Source of the DNA: an uncultured Desulfarculus sp.
GTDB taxonomy: Bacteria; Desulfobacterota; Desulfarculia; Desulfarculales; Desulfarculaceae
Assembly (NCBI GenBank): GCA_963665125.2
Contig: CAXXUK010000001.1
Coordinates: 960,001 to 1,024,000 of the forward strand
DNA length: 64,000 nucleotides
Direction: 5' to 3'
The notes under the pieces were generated by a model. The model made no database searches. It saw nothing but the letters and a program-made list of their open reading frames with translations, and was not told where the DNA came from. The position numbers and the translations under genes were made by a program. This document shows, in pieces, positions 60,735 to 64,000 of this stretch. Every line of letters begins with the position of its first letter. Within the stretch, counting starts at the first letter, position 1.

Positions 60735-62498
60735 ATGGCCGCTACTGAGGCAAACACCAACAGCGCATCCGGGATAATGCTGCAAAGCGCACCTAAAAGC
60801 TATTCCGGCGAGCAGGACAAGACCAGGCCTCCGGCCCAGACCGTCCAATGGGTCAGGGAGCGTTTCGGCTTGATGGGCCAGGAAGTACTGCGCCAGACCA
60901 TGCGCATTGACAGCGGACGCCTGGATATTCCCGTATATATCAGCCTTTGCGGCGACCAAGCCAGCATGCTCACCGGCACCAAAAAACAGATGGGCAAAGG
61001 CGCTTCGCCGGACCAGGCCGAGGCCAGCGCCCTGATGGAACTGGCCGAGCGCTTCAGCTTCTTTTATTTCATGGAAAATGGCGACTTTCCCTGGGGTATT
61101 CCCTCTGAGGCGGGAAATTCGCGCATGGATTTCAGCCTGGCGGCCAAGGCGGTTTATCATTCGGCCGATGATTTTGATACGGCCCGGAGCGTATACGAAC
61201 TGCTGCCCCAGCAATGGGCCTGGGCCCGCAATTTGACCAGCGGCGCCGAGGAACGCGTGCCTTTGAGCTGGTTTTTCGCCATCAACGAATACAACGGCCC
61301 GGCCGCCGGAAACTGCCTGGAAGAGGCGGTGCTGCAAAGCCTCTGCGAGGTCGTCGAGCGCCATGTCTGCGCCGTTGTCACCCTGGAAAAACGGCCCACC
61401 CCGGCCATTGATCCGGCTTCTCTGACCGACCCCATCGCCATCGATCTGCTGAACAAGTTCGAACAGGCTGGGATCAAGGTTTATCTCAAGGACTTTACCT
61501 GCGACATGGGTGTGCCCACCGTGGCGGCACTGTGCTACGACCCGGGCACCTTCCCCGAGTCCAGCGAAATCGTCTACGCGGCGGGCACCTCGCCCGATCC
61601 ACAAAAGGCCCTGATCCGGGCATTGACCGAGGTGGCCCAACTGGCCGGTGATTTCCAAAATTCCACCAGTTACAAGGTCAGCGCCCTGCCCAAGTTCAGT
61701 AGTCTGGACCAGGCTGATTATGTCATCGGGGCGGCCTGGACCGTGCCAGTCAGCGATTTACCCGATCTAAGCGCCGACGATTTCAAGGACGAGGTCATGA
61801 ACTGCGTGGCGGCCCTGAAAGAGCGGGGCTATGACGTCTACACCATGGACGTGACCCACCCGGTATTGCAGGTGCCTGCGGTCTACACCATCGTGCCCGG
61901 CGCCCATTTTGCCGAACGCACCACCGGCACGGACGTTATTTTTCATTCGTCGAAGCTGGCGGCCCAGATCCCCAGCCCGGTTATCGCAGTCGACATCCTG
62001 GACCAGATGGCCGACATCGCCGGGGCCCGCTATGCCACCCACTTTTTCCGGGCCGTGGTGCAGATCGAACTGGGTGAGCCTGAAAAGGCCTTGGTCGAGT
62101 TGCAGACAGCCCTGGTCCTGAACCCGCCCCAGCGGGACGAGGCCAGCATACACACCCAGATCGGCGCGGCCCTCAAGGACATGGGCCGCTACGAGGAGGC
62201 CCTTATGGCCTTGGCCAAGGCGGCCAGTTTCCCGGAGCCCCACCACGAAGTGTTCAACCTCACGGGCTTTTGCCTGTTCATGTTGAAACGCCACGAGGAA
62301 TCCATCGAGGCCTTCAGCAGGGCGGTGGAGATCGAACCGGGCGCGGCCATTAACTACGCCAACATCGGCTCCAACCTGCGCGAACTGGGCCGCCTGGAAG
62401 AGGCCTGCGAGATGTATGAAAACGCCTTGGAGATGGACCCCGGCCTTGATTTCGCCAAGGATAACTTGCTGAAACTGCGGGCCAAACTGGCAAACTGA
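60735..62498 (+). CDS. YcaO-family protein with C-terminal TPR repeats
   Basis: GKGASPDQAEASALMELAERF, NGPAAGNCLEEAVLQSLCEVVERH, ALIRALTEVAQ; about 4 TPRs. Confidence 0.9.
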   Translation: MAATEANTNSASGIMLQSAPKSYSGEQDKTRPPAQTVQWVRERFGLMGQEVLRQTMRIDSGRLDIPVYISLCGDQASMLTGTKKQMGKGASPDQAEASALMELAERFSFFYFMENGDFPWGIPSEAGNSRMDFSLAAKAVYHSADDFDTARSVYELLPQQWAWARNLTSGAEERVPLSWFFAINEYNGPAAGNCLEEAVLQSLCEVVERHVCAVVTLEKRPTPAIDPASLTDPIAIDLLNKFEQAGIKVYLKDFTCDMGVPTVAALCYDPGTFPESSEIVYAAGTSPDPQKALIRALTEVAQLAGDFQNSTSYKVSALPKFSSLDQADYVIGAAWTVPVSDLPDLSADDFKDEVMNCVAALKERGYDVYTMDVTHPVLQVPAVYTIVPGAHFAERTTGTDVIFHSSKLAAQIPSPVIAVDILDQMADIAGARYATHFFRAVVQIELGEPEKALVELQTALVLNPPQRDEASIHTQIGAALKDMGRYEEALMALAKAASFPEPHHEVFNLTGFCLFMLKRHEESIEAFSRAVEIEPGAAINYANIGSNLRELGRLEEACEMYENALEMDPGLDFAKDNLLKLRAKLAN

Positions 62499-62660
62499 AC
62501 AACACCGGAGCAATTGCGCCACACAGGCTTCGCCGGAAATCGGCGGAGCCTATGATTTTTCCGGCTAAGTGCGCCGCAGGACGTTGGATTTCTTGACTTT
62601 AGTCGGTTAAAAACGTAGTGTATGAGCCATAGTTGCCAACCCTTTATCGGCGAGGGATAA

Positions 62661-63932
<1,272 letters not shown>

Positions 63933-64000
63933 AATCGGCATGGACCCCGGCGGGCGCCTGGCGCGCTTTGCCGATATTTGAAAATTCAGCGGGACTTCGT

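Overview
GC-rich chromosomal window from a sulfate-reducing deltaproteobacterium (Desulfobacterota). The evidence is a two-cysteine dsrC, two selenocysteine formate dehydrogenases, a CCG/HdrD-type protein and acyl-CoA metabolism genes. It holds about 55 genes: housekeeping (glgC, nfo, valS, eno, copA/copZ), a c-di-GMP/phosphorelay cluster with an orphan flaG, one intact IS481 with inverted repeats and a 7-bp target duplication, and an AT-rich pentapeptide-repeat gene. Both FDH alpha genes appear split in the ORF track but are single genes read through an in-frame TGA followed by a SECIS hairpin. The most interesting signals are four. (1) A receiver-less PopZ/RomR-like disordered scaffold directly upstream of valS, with a 99/93-bp tandem array encoding 13 DDLDxLL helices that resemble CheY-docking peptides. 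(2) A stand-alone YcaO-TPR enzyme directly behind dsrC, a candidate protein backbone-modification system linked to sulfite reduction. (3) An autotransporter whose small passenger resembles a polymorphic-toxin tip domain. (4) A class III aminotransferase-fold protein lacking the catalytic lysine. All family calls come from motif recognition by eye; no searches were run. No rRNA, tRNA or CRISPR array was seen.
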